In this document: in pieces, positions 50,233 to 64,000 of the stretch | Layout of the letters: each line of letters opens with the position of its first letter | Numbering within the stretch: position 1 is the stretch's first letter | NCBI RefSeq assembly: GCF_964355755.1 | Contig: NC_092680.1 | Span: 14,021,045 to 14,085,044 of the forward strand | DNA: 64,000 nt | Reading direction: 5' to 3' | Source: Antedon mediterranea | Lineage: Eukaryota > Animalia > Echinodermata | Notes under the pieces: generated by a model | What the model was told of the DNA's origin: nothing | What the model saw: the letters and a program-made list of their open reading frames with translations, nothing else | Databases searched by the model: none | Program-made: the position numbers and the translations under genes

Positions 50233-51837
50233 TCTGGATATGTACTGCACTTATACCTTACGGTAGCTAGAAAACAGTTAATGGTGTAGGTCACAGTGCA
50301 TTTCTGGATATGTACTGCACTTATACCTTACGGTAGCTAGAAAACAGTTAATGGTGTAGGTCACAGTGCATTTATGGATATGTACTGCACTTATACCTTA
50401 CGGTAGAAAACAGTTAATGGTGTAGGTCACAGTGCATTTCTGGATACCGTATTTTCCGGAGTATAGGTCGACCCCAAGTATAAGTCGACCCCCAACTTTG
50501 GCCTAGAATATCGTTGATTTTGGTATGACCTGAATATAAGTCGACCCCCAAAATCGGCTAATAACACAACTTACTTTAAAGTTCAAAGAGGGCTAGAAAT
50601 GTATGAAATGTGGTTGTTTGTTTATATTATTAAAGTGTAGGCCTAATCAATATCGGACGGACGTAATGACGACGACTTCGCCGACGTCTTCACCAGCCTA
50701 TAATAAATGACAGCGATGTAGCGTTACTTGCCATCAGCGATGTTTTTCGCGTCACTCGAATAAATTAAAACGAGTTTTCCGTTAGGAGGCTTATTATTGT
50801 ACAGGCGAGTAGTTGTAAATCGCGTTATCTGTAAATGTACACGCGCCCGACTAAGGAGAATTTATTTTATGAATAGACATGCGCAGTAATTGTAATTACG
50901 AACAAACAAACAAACTGCGCATGTGTATAAATGAAAATATCGCGCAATAACAAACATGCGGCATGGACATTCCGACGTCTGTGGTGTGTTTATTCTTAAT
51001 TATCTTAAAAGCGTAATATTAACATCAAAATGAGTCATTGTGATATATTAATATTTTATTGACCAGTACTTGTTGGAGTTGTATTATTTTGTACAATGTA
51101 GGTATTAAACTGAAAACTTCTGTGAGTGATTGATGACCTTGCTGGGCCTTGACAGCTGACGGCTTTTGAACATATTTTTTCGGCCTGATTTTTCTCAAAA
51201 ATCGCATGGTCGGAGTATAAGTCGACCCCCCGATTTTGCAATTAAAATTTTCCCACAAAGTCTCGACCTATACTCCGGAAAATACGGTATGTACTGCACT
51301 TATACCTTACGGTAGCTAGAAAACAGTTAATGGTGTAGGTCACAGTGCATTTCTGGATATGTACTGCACTTATACCTTACGGTAGCTAGAAACAGTTAAT
51401 GGTGTAGGTCACAGTGCATTTCTGGATATGTACTGCACTTATACCTTACGGTAGAAAACAGTTAATGGTGTAGGTCACAGTGCATTTCTGGATATGTACA
51501 GCACTTATACCTTACGGTAGCTAGAAAACAGTTAATGGTGTAGGTCACAGTGCATTTCTGGATATGTACAGCACTTATACCTTACGGTAGCTAGAAAACA
51601 GTTAATGGTGTAGGTCACAGTGCATTTCTGGATATGTACTGCACTTATACCTTACGGTAGCTAGAAAACAGTTAATGGTGTAGGTCACAGTGCATTTCTG
51701 GATATGTACTGCACTTATACCTTACGGTAGCTAGAAAACAGTTAATGGTGTAGGTCACAGTGCATTTCTGGATATGTACTGCACTTATACCTTACGGTAG
51801 CTAGAAACAGTTAATGGTGTAGGTCACAGTGCATTTC
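50233..51837. repeat. 70-bp minisatellite (~11 copies) interrupted by a MITE
   Basis: Unit TCTGGATATGTACTGCACTTATACCTTACGGTAGCTAGAAAACAGTTAATGGTGTAGGTCACAGTGCATT, with 1-nt and 4-nt deletion variants. Confidence 0.95.
50447..51287. mobile_element. Tc2/pogo-like MITE (841 bp)
   Basis: TIR CCGTATTTTCCGGAGTATAGGTCGA at both ends. The TA duplication is proven by the neighbouring empty repeat units (TGGA-TA-TGTAC). Confidence 0.93.
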
Positions 51838-52254
51838 ATTCGCTATTAATCTAAAAAAATAAACTATGCGGCCAGTAAAGTCAAAATGTTGTATACCCAA
51901 TTTTAGTAAATCATAAATTTATGAATTTAGGCATTCATAACTGCCAGCTAAAATGACTGGTACAGTAGCTGAAATGAAGTAATGAAATAATGAAAAGTGC
52001 TTATTATTTCATAGCTTTTATTGCAAAAGCATAGATGAAATTCTTTAAGAACACCATGTTTCTTATTAATATTCATACCCAAATTTGTTTCATTTGGACG
52101 GAAAACTATTATAAATTTATAAGTCTATAAATATTCTCGTTTCGTTGTTAAATTACTTTAATGCTTTCCATAAGAGAGAGAATTAATGATACTTCAGTGA
52201 CTCAGTGTGTGTAATTAGGCTTGCTCACAAAACATGTTGGCGCTGACAGATATC

Positions 52255-52870
52255 TAGAATATTAAGCGTTAACCCCAGATTGGTTTATAGATCATCACAT
52301 TTAATTTCTCCTAGATTTTGATATTTGTTTGCTCATTCTATTAATTATCTTATTAGCTTATGTATTCCTATAATTTTGGACAATTCTATCTCTACGACTA
52401 GTATTTGATGAGGTTTTGAGAACCCAAATTTAGGATCAAAGGTCAAAACAAGTATTTATAGTCATTTTTACTGTAACTTTACCATTAGAGTAAATATAAA
52501 TTTGGGTTTTCTGCATATTTTGAAACCAATTTTGCTTATGCACTCCTATCGATCACCAATTAAAATATACTTAGGTCAATAGTTCAAAGGTGAAAATAGA
52601 CTGTTTCTAAAAGTGATTGGTATTTTTCTTTCATTAGTAGAGTGATTTAAAAGTTGAGCATTCTGAATTCTGTATGGCCAGTCATTGATGAGATATTGAG
52701 ATAATCAAAATTTCCAATCAAGGTCAAAACAGGCATTTCCGGTCATTTTTTTTTTGTAACTTCACCTCGTACTGGTTGTCAACATACAGTAAATATTGTT
52801 AAGATAGCAGCCATTTTGAAAAATGGCCCAATCAGGTTGAAGCAGACGGGGGAAAACCGGAAACTACTAC
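52255..52870. mobile_element. degenerate Helentron-like repeat fragment
   Basis: Recurring TCAAAGGTCAAAACA...GTCATTTT...GTAACTT blocks and a GCCATTTTGAAA motif. No termini were identified. Confidence 0.35.
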
Positions 52871-54394
52871 TAAGATTTGTTTTTTGTATTGTATATTATA
52901 TGATGGAGTAATTAGAGCAGTTTTCTGTTTGGGCTCATGTCTATTACTTGCTCCTGCAAGATGAAATGTAAATCATACTTTTTAAGAACTTTTGCCAAAT
53001 AAATATTATTATCGAGTAAAAATTATAGAAGTAACGTGCGATTTACCAAATTTTGCCTTTACAGTACGTAAATTAATATATAGATTATCCGAGATAAAAC
53101 TTATATGACTAGATTCTTCTTCAATACTGTACAATCCTGTTTTCCATTTGTCTTTAGATCTTTTTATTTTAAGAAAATATTGAGTGGGAAGAGGCATTTG
53201 AAGGTTTGCCAGATATTGAATTGAATGAAATAAAACTTAGCCTGGTACTTGGAACAAAAGATTATAAAGTCAGATGCTATCCTGCATTGGGAACAAAGAT
53301 CATTGCTATCAAGCTGTAATGTCTATATAAAAAACTCTCTCACTTATATTTTGTTTTGTTCAACCAGTAATACTAACGTGCCTGCTTTTGTTAAAGAACA
53401 AAGGTTGGATATTTTAAAATAAATTATATTAATTTATCCAAGACTTTGTATTTTATAAAAATGAGAATATTTTAGTACTGTATTACCTTAATGAAATTTA
53501 ATTTATTTTAATTTGAGTTTAGATTAATTTTTTAGTGTATATCATTCGTTTCTTCCTTGTTTAGCTGCCGTGTTTGTTTTAGTATTATTTACTTTATTTT
53601 GTTGAATTTGAAGGTAAAACATTAACTTTTGTGTTTAATTATCCTTCTTCAAAACTAGATATTTTCTGTTAATATGTCATATCACGTAACTTGTGCTGTA
53701 TTGCTTTTGATAAATTGTTATTATTATTCTTTTGTTTTTCAATTACTTTAGTATAAAAAGAAATGAGTTTTAAATGACTTGATAATTATAACTTGTCTCA
53801 TCACATAGATTGCTACATCTTTTTTAGGTAAAATTTGTGTTCTTTATTGTTTGTTTGTTTGTTTCTGTCCTAGTCCTAAGGTTTATTCAATTCCATAGAA
53901 AGGCTGTAAACTACCATTAACTCAACAGCATGTTTCTAAGGCCTGTTTATTGTCTTGTTTTACTTCTGGTTTTGGTAGAGTTTTCCTTAATATAAAGAAT
54001 GAATCCTAGCACACATGGGTGTCCTCTCTCAATGTTTTATTGTAATATTTGGGTTGGTTTGAAGGATATTAAATGCTTGAGCAGATTGTGTAAAATCTTA
54101 TATTAAATCAAGCTATTAAATTATATTAAAATTCTGCCAATCATGTTTTGTGTATTCAATCAATTGTACTACATATTATAATATCCCTGCCCACAGTAAT
54201 TTTTTTTAGATTTTCAAGCATTAGAAACGTACAACACATTTATCACACTATACTTTACTTTTATAGCTATCTCTTAAATACATCAACTACAGTACCTGTA
54301 TTTCTTTTTTTTTTTTATTTGCACTTCATTATTGCGTAGGATACAAACCAATTCTCCCTGCTATTTAATATGACTGAAAGTAGCAAATATCTAT

Positions 54395-54712
54395 GGGCCT
54401 GTTTCTGCTGCATATCCTCAAAATATGGTATAAAAATACTGTATATTTGATACCATATTTTGAGTACCCCATTTAAAGTATACTATCGTGAGAGGTCATG
54501 TTAAAATTCATCCTTTTTTTTTTGTTGGGTTAAAACGATCCCCTAGAAATAAAAATATACGGTATTTGTGATTTTGGCATCAGAAAAAAGCGTACACAAA
54601 ATACAGTATAAATTTATAAATACTGTATTTTATCCACAAATTTGGTGGGGAAAAATATGTTATATTGATACGGTATATTTTTGCGAGCACCATTTCTGCT
54701 ACCAAAAATATA

Positions 54713-54756
<44 letters not shown>

Positions 54757-54784
54757 GGTATTTATGTGGCAGCAGAAACAGGCC
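54395..54784. mobile_element. Harbinger-like MITE related to 38041-38869, with an internal (TA)n microsatellite
   Basis: TIRs GGCCTGTTTCTGCTGC / GCAGCAGAAACAGGCC followed by TAA. (AT)n spans about 54715-54755. Confidence 0.75.
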
Positions 54785-56818
54785 TAATGAGCTGACAAGC
54801 AGTGGCACATAGTTTTAAGTAAAGACGTTTTGCCTCGATTGATTTACACCTAATCTAACTCAACTTGATCATGTCTTGTTACTTCTAGGTTCTATTGAAC
54901 GTATTCAACTATGAACCTGCAGAAACATCCGATTAGTATCCCTTGTGGCACACTTACTCTAGCAATTGCCAAATCCCAGGGTGGAAGGTACCTAATCAAT
55001 TGATTGTCAGTCGCTTGCACTAGAGGCTACCATTTTCAGCAGTGTCTAGCTGCTTGAGTTACATTCCATGAGTATTGATCCTTGATACCTTTATTCACAC
55101 CTCGCCAGTATTATGGATTTCATATAATTGCATATTTCATTCAGCTGTAAAAGCTTCATATTTCAAACCTTTCATTACTATATTCTCTGTAATTGAAATG
55201 AATATCAAAGGTTTAAATAACTTTACTTTTATCTAATAGCATTTATTTTCAAGACATACAGTAAAAGTGTATTTCGTGCCTAGCTATGAGGGTAGTATGA
55301 CGCCACGTATCCATATGAGTGTATGATTAAAAAACTAATTCATTATGTTGAAGGGATGCTCAAGGAACCTTTTGTAGTCATATGCTCTCTCGGGAAGAGT
55401 TAGGGCTAATGTGGGTTCATTCAGGTAAGCAGCGCTAAAAGATAACAAAACTATTATTGGTTCATGGAATACTTCAGTAGCAATGGAGTTGTTGTCAAGC
55501 ATTTAGTCTAAAATGTATTCATTTTGTAGTACCTTTTGTTATCACTGTTTAAGTAAACATTTCTGTACAACAAAAACAAAACAATTTGACATTTGCAGCT
55601 AAAATTAATATGACATTAAAGCAATTTACATGATAGAAACTATATTCTATTTATTTTAGGATATTGAAGGCACTGATTATAATATTTAATGATATATGCA
55701 TTGAACATGTCTAGTACATGTAATCGATATTATTATTATTAATAATACGTGTACTCTGTAGCAAGGGATAATGTAGTTTAAACCTTATTGTTTATAATTA
55801 AACTAAAAATATTCAAAATTCAACCCTTCTAAACCAAAACGTTTAAAATAGAAATAACCTGAATAACCAGGAAACCTGGCATCATTTGCATTTTCTTGCT
55901 TGTACTGGTTTACTTAAAGCAGTCCACATGTATTTCCTATGTTTTCAATTATCTATTAATTTCCTAGGCAGATGGAATGAGTACTCTTCCAAACCGGATA
56001 TTTTGCACTGCATAGCTAAGTGCATGCAATAACAGGCCATCAATTGTACACAAAATTCATGACTTTCCGTTGTTAGTTTTTGTGTTTGTGTGGTGGCAAA
56101 CATAAGCAAATGTTATTTTCATTCTTTAGACATTTTTTATTATTATCTATATATAAATTATGGTTAATTCTGACATAGGCGAGAACAATGGAAAAACTTT
56201 GGGACAAATCACTTGGCAACACTATAATAATACCTGTCACAATATATTTCAACAGTTTATTTCAGTCTCGTTCGTACCTAAATATGTACTCTTTTTTAAA
56301 CCAAATGACGTCCGTTTGATCATTGGTTGATTGGAGTCTAGCCCCCTTATAAAATAGAAACACAGAGACCGAAAAAAAGGGGATCCGAGAATCAAGAATA
56401 CAGACAGATAGCGATAGACGGGAGAGAGACGACTGCCAAAACATAAAGAAGTATCGTTCCAGACTCCATCTGGACAAAACAGTGTGTTGCAGGCTTGTTC
56501 TATTCTTTAATTAGTCATTTCAAGATTTGGATAAGAAGATTAAAAAAAGATTTGAGAATCTAGATACAGATAGACAGAGCTGAGGAACACTCACAACTGC
56601 TGAAAAACACAAAGAAATATCATTCTGAAATCCATCTTGATGAAAAAGTGTGCTGTAGTCTGCCATTTCAAGATTTGATTAAGAAAGAGAACCAGCTTTC
56701 CATCACATAATAATCCTATTTTTATTGAATGAAAAAGAAGATAGAAGACTGGTGTCAACTAGATACTAGACTGTCAACTTGTTATTAATTCTTTCTATTT
56801 GGATTTTACACTGTTCCT

Positions 56819-56984
56819 AGGGTGTCTAGAAAACTCAGATCTAGAAACCTCAGATCTCGGATATATCTGAGTTTTCTAGATCTAGAAAAGTCAGATATCT
56901 GAGTTTTCTAGATCTAGAAAACTCAGACTTATCTGACTTCTCTAGATCTAGAAAACTCAGATATCAATATCTGACTTTTCTAGT
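56819..56984. repeat. array of alternating inverted TCTAGAAAACTCAGA motifs (probable MITE end)
   Basis: About 10 copies in alternating orientation, forming overlapping palindromes. Confidence 0.85.
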
Positions 56985-59879
56985 GAGAAGTCTGCTCTGA
57001 AAACCATGTTGTATTTCCATCTGGGTTTGAGGTAACTAATATACATTGATTGACGCGTTAGGGTTTATTTTTCAAAATCGTCAAAACAATTTTCAGAGTT
57101 TGTTACAGTAGATCTTATTAAATGTGAGGGCACACATAATATAAATTCATTCTTTAATTTTAGTATAGCCGGTTTATAGGTTTTATCCTGAAAACGTTAA
57201 TGTGTATAGTATGTATATTTCTGTATGTAATACATACACAGTATGTAGAATAGCATTTGTCTAGACAAAAGGATCATTATTAAACATATTAATCAATTAT
57301 TTATTTAATTTCCATACATGCTTTCTAATTAGCACAAATAAAGAATAATTACTATAATTGGTTTTGACGTGTTTGCTAATTCATTTTATAAATTATTTCA
57401 AACAATAAAATGTAAGTTTCATAGTATTTGTGACAGTGGTTTGATTTGAGACATTTAAATTTGACAATTTAAATTTATCTATTTAGAATCAAAAGTTTAT
57501 TTTCCTATTTGTTATACACTATTGTATTTGCAGAAAATTGTTCATGCATGTGCTTGGTGTGGAAATTAAATGGTTGAATAAAAGTATTGGTAATAGTTAG
57601 ACTGCAGACATTTTTAAAAAGTTGAATAATATTTTTTACGGTTCTAAAAGTTTCAGACTAAAAAATGAGAATATACCCAAGATATTAAGAAATCCATTTT
57701 AGACAATTATCTAGTTAATTATTACTGTATATCCTTCATTTACTATTTGTGGTAATGAAAGTTGCAAAATGTTTCTTAAAATTCTTTCCACATCCTTCTG
57801 TCATAAATAGCTGACTGACTTCTGTTGATTGATGTTTTTATTACCCTTGTTACATTTACAAATTATTCAACAGAATTTGTGTTCCTGCTTAATTTCCTAT
57901 AACCATATAAGGTGTTGGTCGATATTTATTATCCATAAGAAATAAAGAATTAGATTAAAAAATTAGTACACCACCAGAAGGTCCACTAATAAGTTTGTTA
58001 ATATAAAACAAAAAAAGTGATGATTCTATATTTTGAGTGTTGTAGGACCAAAAAAAATGGATTTGGCCACATGGGTATTATTCATCAACAACATCAACAA
58101 ATTTAAAAGTGACGTTTTTCCTCCGTGGTGGGTTTATGGCTAAATTAATATAATTGATTTTAATTTGAATTAATATGATTGATTGATTGGTTACTTGATT
58201 GATTTATTTTGATAGAAAATATTTTGTAATATCCAGTGAAGTTTGGGTACTGTAGTTCGTTTATTTCATTTTTATATCAAAGACTGAGATTACAATTAAA
58301 ATTTATTGCTGAAAATCACAGTAATAATAATAATATTACAATAGTAATATTATGTGTTAAAAAAACTGCAAATCATTCTATTAACTACTATAATTTTTTA
58401 CGTTTTTAAATTCACAAGCGAATCATTTGTCAGCAATTATGTTGTAGATGGTAAACAGTTGAAATCATTTGAGACTGAAAAACAAAACTGCCTATATATC
58501 TCTGGGGGAAAAAAGAAGAAAATTCGACATTCAGACACATTTTTAGATTGGTCAGAATGCCGAGTAAAAATCCATATTGTCCGTCTTGCATTAAATCAAG
58601 CTCCCTTATATATGAAACTGTTGGACAGTGGGTATTCATCTATAATTATAGATGAAATTGTAAGACAGGTGCAGTGAGAATGACCCTTGACCTTTCCTGA
58701 TCATCCACTGGTAATGTGTATGGATTAGTAATGTACAGTAGACACAAAACATACTGCTCTAATGTTTTTATAAACCTTAAACTTTGTTCATATATATGTA
58801 ATATATTATTAAGGGGTGGGTACGAAACTACATTAGCGCAAGGATTATGTAGGCCTATAACCAACAATATTATTGAACTTTTCTGACCATTGAGACACTC
58901 ATTTCACTGGTATAATGATCAAAAAGGTAACCACTCACTAATAAGTGGAAATTTATATGTTATATTCGAACTATACTTTGTTTGCTGGTGCAGGTTTATT
59001 GTCATTTATGTATTAGGCTTACAGTATTATTTTACTACATTATAAGCCACTGTTGTTTTCATATTTGTAAAATAAACTAAGGTACACGGAAGGTTCTTGT
59101 TTTTCTATACCTTTTCACCACCAAATCCATTGGAATATACAACACTGCATGAAATATATCTGGAGTAGCCATCCCCACGACACAATCATGTCCCAATGTT
59201 CACTGAAGTTTTCACGAGTTATTATAGATATTATTATCTACAGTAATAACATTTATTTAATGTGACTAACCTATAGGCAGAAACCTGTTTACACTGCAAG
59301 CAAATATCTATTGTGTGAACAAAGCACTATGTTCAATTTAATGGTATAAAACAAATAACGTTGGTGGTTCGTTGGTGAGCTCCCACTAGAAGGCCTAAAT
59401 GTGATAGGGTGTTCCACTAAACATTTTTCTTTTCACCTGTGTTCCCCACTTCGAGGGGGAAGGGCTGATATCGGTTTTTAGGTACAGTATTAGCGGCACC
59501 ACTAACATCATTTCTGGTTTGTGTATTATATCCATAATAAATGGCATTCTAAAAATAAGCATTAAAAACACTCCAAAAACACTTAGGGTGTTAAACGTTA
59601 ATACACACTCTTTTTGCCCAATTTCTGTTTTACAACCTTTCTTTAGTAATTTCATTATAATTAATTCACTTTTCAACTTAAAACCATGTTATACGAGCAT
59701 GTCAAAATTGACAGGCTACGCATGTGTAAGTTAGCAAAATGGTGAAAATATGCTCAAATTTTTAATTAATATGGATCGTCAGAATGCTCAAGAACCCCTA
59801 TTTTGCATTTAATTTTCTTAAAGTGTATATATCATATGTATGATTTATTATGAAATTAAGGGGAAAAAGGTTAATTACA

Positions 59880-60495
59880 TCATCACCTTCTTCTATATAT
59901 TAAAGTTAAAAGTATATACTTTGATAATGTATCATTTTTAAAAATGTTTAAAGATGTCTTCATAGTAAAAAATTATGATACATTGCGGTATGTAATATCT
60001 ATCTGCACCAAAGTGGTTACTGCATAATAAATACACAGAGGAATCTTTCCTCAACATTTAGTAAGTTGTGTATGGCTCGGTTGTCTGTGCTCGTGTCTAT
60101 AGCAGTCAAGGTACCGAGATTGATTATCACCTTGGGAAACGAAACAAAATAAGATTTCTGTTAATATCCATGTTGTTTGTCCAATTTTATTTCTTAGTGT
60201 ATAGATTATACGCATGATTTGATAATGTAATCTAGAGAAAAAGTAACTTATGTCTTTATCATTATGTAACAAGGGTGGTTTGTGACATTATACGGCCGCA
60301 GAGGGATGTGATACCGACTATTGTATTTGAGTTAAATAGCAAGATCCTATCTTTTATAAATTATAATTTGTATTAATTTGATTTATTAATAATTAAAGAT
60401 TCAATCAAATATATCTTTTAAAAATCAATTATCTTTATTTAAATCAATGCATACAGTATAACCTATCATACCTGTCATGGTGACAAATTAAATCT
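59880..60495 (+). repeat. unclassified interspersed repeat, copy 2
   Basis: Colinear with 22400-22980. It may extend left to about 59410. Confidence 0.75.
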
Positions 60496-61764
60496 AGTTG
60501 TAATTGTTGTTGTTTTCTCATATTAATTTAAAACCCCTATAATTTTGTAATTTTTGATAGCCTTGACCAACTGTTGTCTGATGACAGTTTAATTGTTAAA
60601 CTAAAAAATCTTTATCTTATTTATTTTCCTTATTAAATTATTTAATAGTGACTACTGTAGCACATTAGATTTATTTATTTATTCATAGGAATCACTTTTA
60701 TATCAGAGGCACACTTGTATCAGTTAATGGTGTATCCATTTTACAGACAAAATAATAATACAACTTTTTAAATCAATAAGTTTATTTTACAATTTAAAAG
60801 TTTCCATCTTTTCTAAATCTTAATCACCACAAAAACTATTTTCAGGTATATTTCTACTTTTTTTATTACAAAATATTTACTAAACCTCTAGCTCCATCCA
60901 GAGAGTTACAACTCCCTGCTCCATCACTGAGCAACATGCAGAAAAAGGTGTCTTGTATTGTCTTTTAATGATTTGTGACCTAAATGCTGTGACCCCTTAC
61001 TGTACAGTACATCCAAAGTACTTGGTTACCAATAAGCTTGGGGCAATTTGCTTTCAGAATGTATAAATATATTGATAATCATCCAACGCTACAATTCGCA
61101 AATGAGAAAAAAAGTACACCAAACCTGAATATGTAATTTACAGTCTGTATTACCATGTGAATATGCTTCAAATTAAACTCGTAAATTTGTTTTTATCAAT
61201 AACAAAAGATTATATTAATTAATTATATTAAAGGTATACAGTATGATAATATTTGAGAAATTATATTTAGAATTATTACTAAAATGATACATCTCTTTTT
61301 CATTAAAAAGTTAGATTGGTTTTCTTAATTTGGTAATCGTAATTTAGTATGGTAATATGGTAGTTTTATTTTATGAATGTCTTCTGGTGTACACAATTAA
61401 AAAAGGACTGCATAGATAAATGAATTTATTTATTATTACCATTTTAAGTTAATTTAGTGACCTGTATCATATCTTAGATTATTACTTAAGATTATTTTAT
61501 ACAAGAATTAGTCATGAAAAAGTCTACTGATAAAAGTGGCATGTTCCTTTTGTTCAAAACTGTATAATCTAATTTATACTTGTACCATGGACCTATGCAC
61601 AATATACTGTACATAGCATGTATTGCATAAATATGCTATAAAGAAAGATGATAATCTATAACTTAAAATTCGCCGCCATATATCGCTAGACAAAAATAAT
61701 AATAATAAAGGACCCCCTCAATAATTATTTTGTCAGAGACTTTTTACTGGCCGAATATGCCCGA

Positions 61765-61907
61765 CTTCTTTCTCACATAAAGCCGGTATATACCGGTTAT
61801 ATTTCCGGCACGATAGTCCGATTAGAATGGGTAACTGCCGGTAACGATACCGACACGACGCCAGCATAATACCGGTATATTGCAGGCACATCTGTGAGAA
61901 AGGGGCT
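61765..61907. mobile_element. small Harbinger-like MITE remnant
   Basis: CTTTCTCACA...TGTGAGAAAGGGGCT inverted ends, with internal ATACCGG palindromes. Confidence 0.5.
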
Positions 61908-64000
61908 ATAGAGTAAAATACTGTTCAAGGATATGGGATACAGTATATATACTCCTCTGCTATTTACCAACAAAAAACAAACAATTGAAGAAAAAAAAAT
62001 TAGACACCTGCTTATATTTAGATTTGGAAAGAAGCCAAGTTATTGCTGCAAATGTGTTGAACTACCCTTGATATTGATTGTTCACATAAACTAAAATTTA
62101 TGATGAATTTAATAATAATAGATTTAACGTTTGTTTTTGATGTAAAGAATTTACCACTGAAAGGCTCAGAATTTACCACTAATACCACTCTTTTATATAG
62201 ATATAAGCCAGATTTTTAAATCACTTTATTTGTGTGAATTACTCATCTTTATTCTTACATCAGAAATAAAATGTTTGTTTACAAAGTTTTGGTAGATTAT
62301 TTGGTTTATCTTTTTAAATCTATATTTGTGAAAATCCAAAAGCCTTTGTTATCGCAACTAGAAACATATTTTTGTGTAAAACCGAAACTAAAAGTGCTTA
62401 AAAGATAACTTTACCAGATATAGTTTATATAACAGCAACAACAACTCAAATATTAACTATGATTTAAATATTTAATATGTTGTTATGACACATTTTATGT
62501 AAAAGAAATGTCAATATGTTCACTAGAATTTCATGTTATACATAACATTTTTTTTAAAGTACCTAGATTTTGAAAACTGATAGTATGTTAATGTTTTTTG
62601 CACCACGCCTTTTTGTATATTGTATGTTGATACAAAATAATATTACTAAAACAGACGTAATTTTATGTAATTATTTTATCGAAAAATGGCGTAGTTCATA
62701 CAGTTACCAACTGAGGGCACAATCGGTTTACTTCGTTTACATGGCTAATTTTTATTTTCGGCGATGTTCTTTTTTATTCTTTCTTATAATATTGATACAA
62801 AATGGAATATGTACATTACTATAGTTTATAATTATGTTTTTGTCTGTACTATATTTAAACAAATATGTTTACTACTGATGAACAAAAATAATTGATAATA
62901 AATCATTTTTCTGAAGAAAGAACAATAATTAAAACTGTTTACACCAAAAAGGCTTCTTTTTTTTCTTTTTTTTTAATATGAAAGTTAAAGCTATTTAAAA
63001 TGTTAGCTCTTGTTAGCTTTCCTGTTTAATATTCTCAAAGAAACTTGTATACTCATGCCTTTTAGAGGTTAAACAAAACGGTGTCTGTAATACAATTAAA
63101 TATAAAATAGTGCTACAAGCCACTGGAAACACTATATTAGCTTTGTTTACTCAATTCCATTACAATATTCACTACTTTTAGTTGATTGTGTTGAAAGCTA
63201 ACGAAGTGACAAAATGAGATCTTACTTGTGTTTCAATAGTCGCAAACTGTCCATTGAGTGTAGTTAGATTTGTCATAGTTGGATTATACAGCAATTATTT
63301 ATAAACAAGTACCTATTAATATTTATATGAGCCAGAAATAGAGAAAGTACAAAAAAAGGTAAGGAATGGCAACAACTATACATCATTCTATGGTTTATTG
63401 ATTTCTTTAATGTGTCCCCTGAGTGTCTTGTATCTAAATTTAGTTTATTCAAGAGAGCACATTGCCATTCCTTTTCATACATTACCTGTATCTACTTTGA
63501 TATTGGATTTTTTCAATCTAATTTGAAAATAATTTATCAAAATTTTATATATTTGGAATACCAACTAAAAAAATATATTATTATCATTTTTATGATTTAT
63601 TTTGTCATTTTAATTTCACATTATTGTTATTTACTTTGAGCAACAAAAAACAATGAATGTATTATTGTCTGTCATACAATGGCGTTTTGGTGAAATGTAA
63701 CTGTTATTTTTTAATATTTAGTGAAATGTGAAAGTGAAATTTTTTTCTATGTAAGTGAATATTTTATTCATTTTTAATGTATCTTAATTTTCATGTTTGT
63801 GATATAAAAAAAATCCTACTAAAATTAAAATAGAAATTTTAACTTCAAAACTTTTTAAAATCAAGAATGTATATATGTAAAAACACCATCACAAAGCTAT
63901 ACATTTTGTATTTTTGACTAGTATATTATTTAAATTATATTTACTTGTATATTTCTTTTTTATATAAAAGCAGTACTGTAGGTACCTGGATTTTTAGGGC

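Noticed and set aside
55960-56035. Candidate MAP1 exon 2 acceptors (here and near 32001, 40274, 41048, 54888, 55659)
   Set aside because: The phase-1 continuations reach stop codons or lack similarity to the MAP1 N-terminal domain.
58354-58677. 107-aa ORF with a hydrophobic N-terminus
   Set aside because: GTG start, no recognisable domain, AT-rich intronic composition and no convincing splice sites.

Overview
AT-rich eukaryotic (animal) genomic DNA, most likely an invertebrate deuterostome such as an echinoderm (inferred from a UBA6 gene, a Deu/Nin-type SINE and TAGGCCTA-rich tracts). It is not prokaryotic, and almost all ORFs in the supplied track are spurious or transposon-derived. Two spliced genes lie head-to-head around 26.0-26.5 kb. 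On the minus strand is the 5' part of UBA6 (ubiquitin-like E1): a probable non-coding exon plus four coding exons at 25169-25129, 24384-24290, 23980-23952 and 17223-17129, with no further exon found in the remaining 17 kb. On the plus strand is coding exon 1 of a MAP1/futsch-family microtubule-associated protein (26510-26645), with no second exon found in the remaining 37 kb. The introns are filled with transposon debris: piggyBac-, Tc2/pogo-, Harbinger- and Kolobok-like MITEs, a decayed RTE LINE, a decayed hAT transposase, tRNA-derived SINEs and minisatellites. The most unusual structures are (i) three Helentron/DINE-1-like elements nested inside one another within a pogo-like MITE, carrying TGACGTCA motifs at ~178-bp spacing; (ii) a 252-bp insertion with a tRNA-like Pol III unit, two hairpins and a 12-bp target duplication; and (iii) a triplicated exon end plus splice donor in UBA6. 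Family assignments rest on motifs and remembered protein sequences, not database searches.
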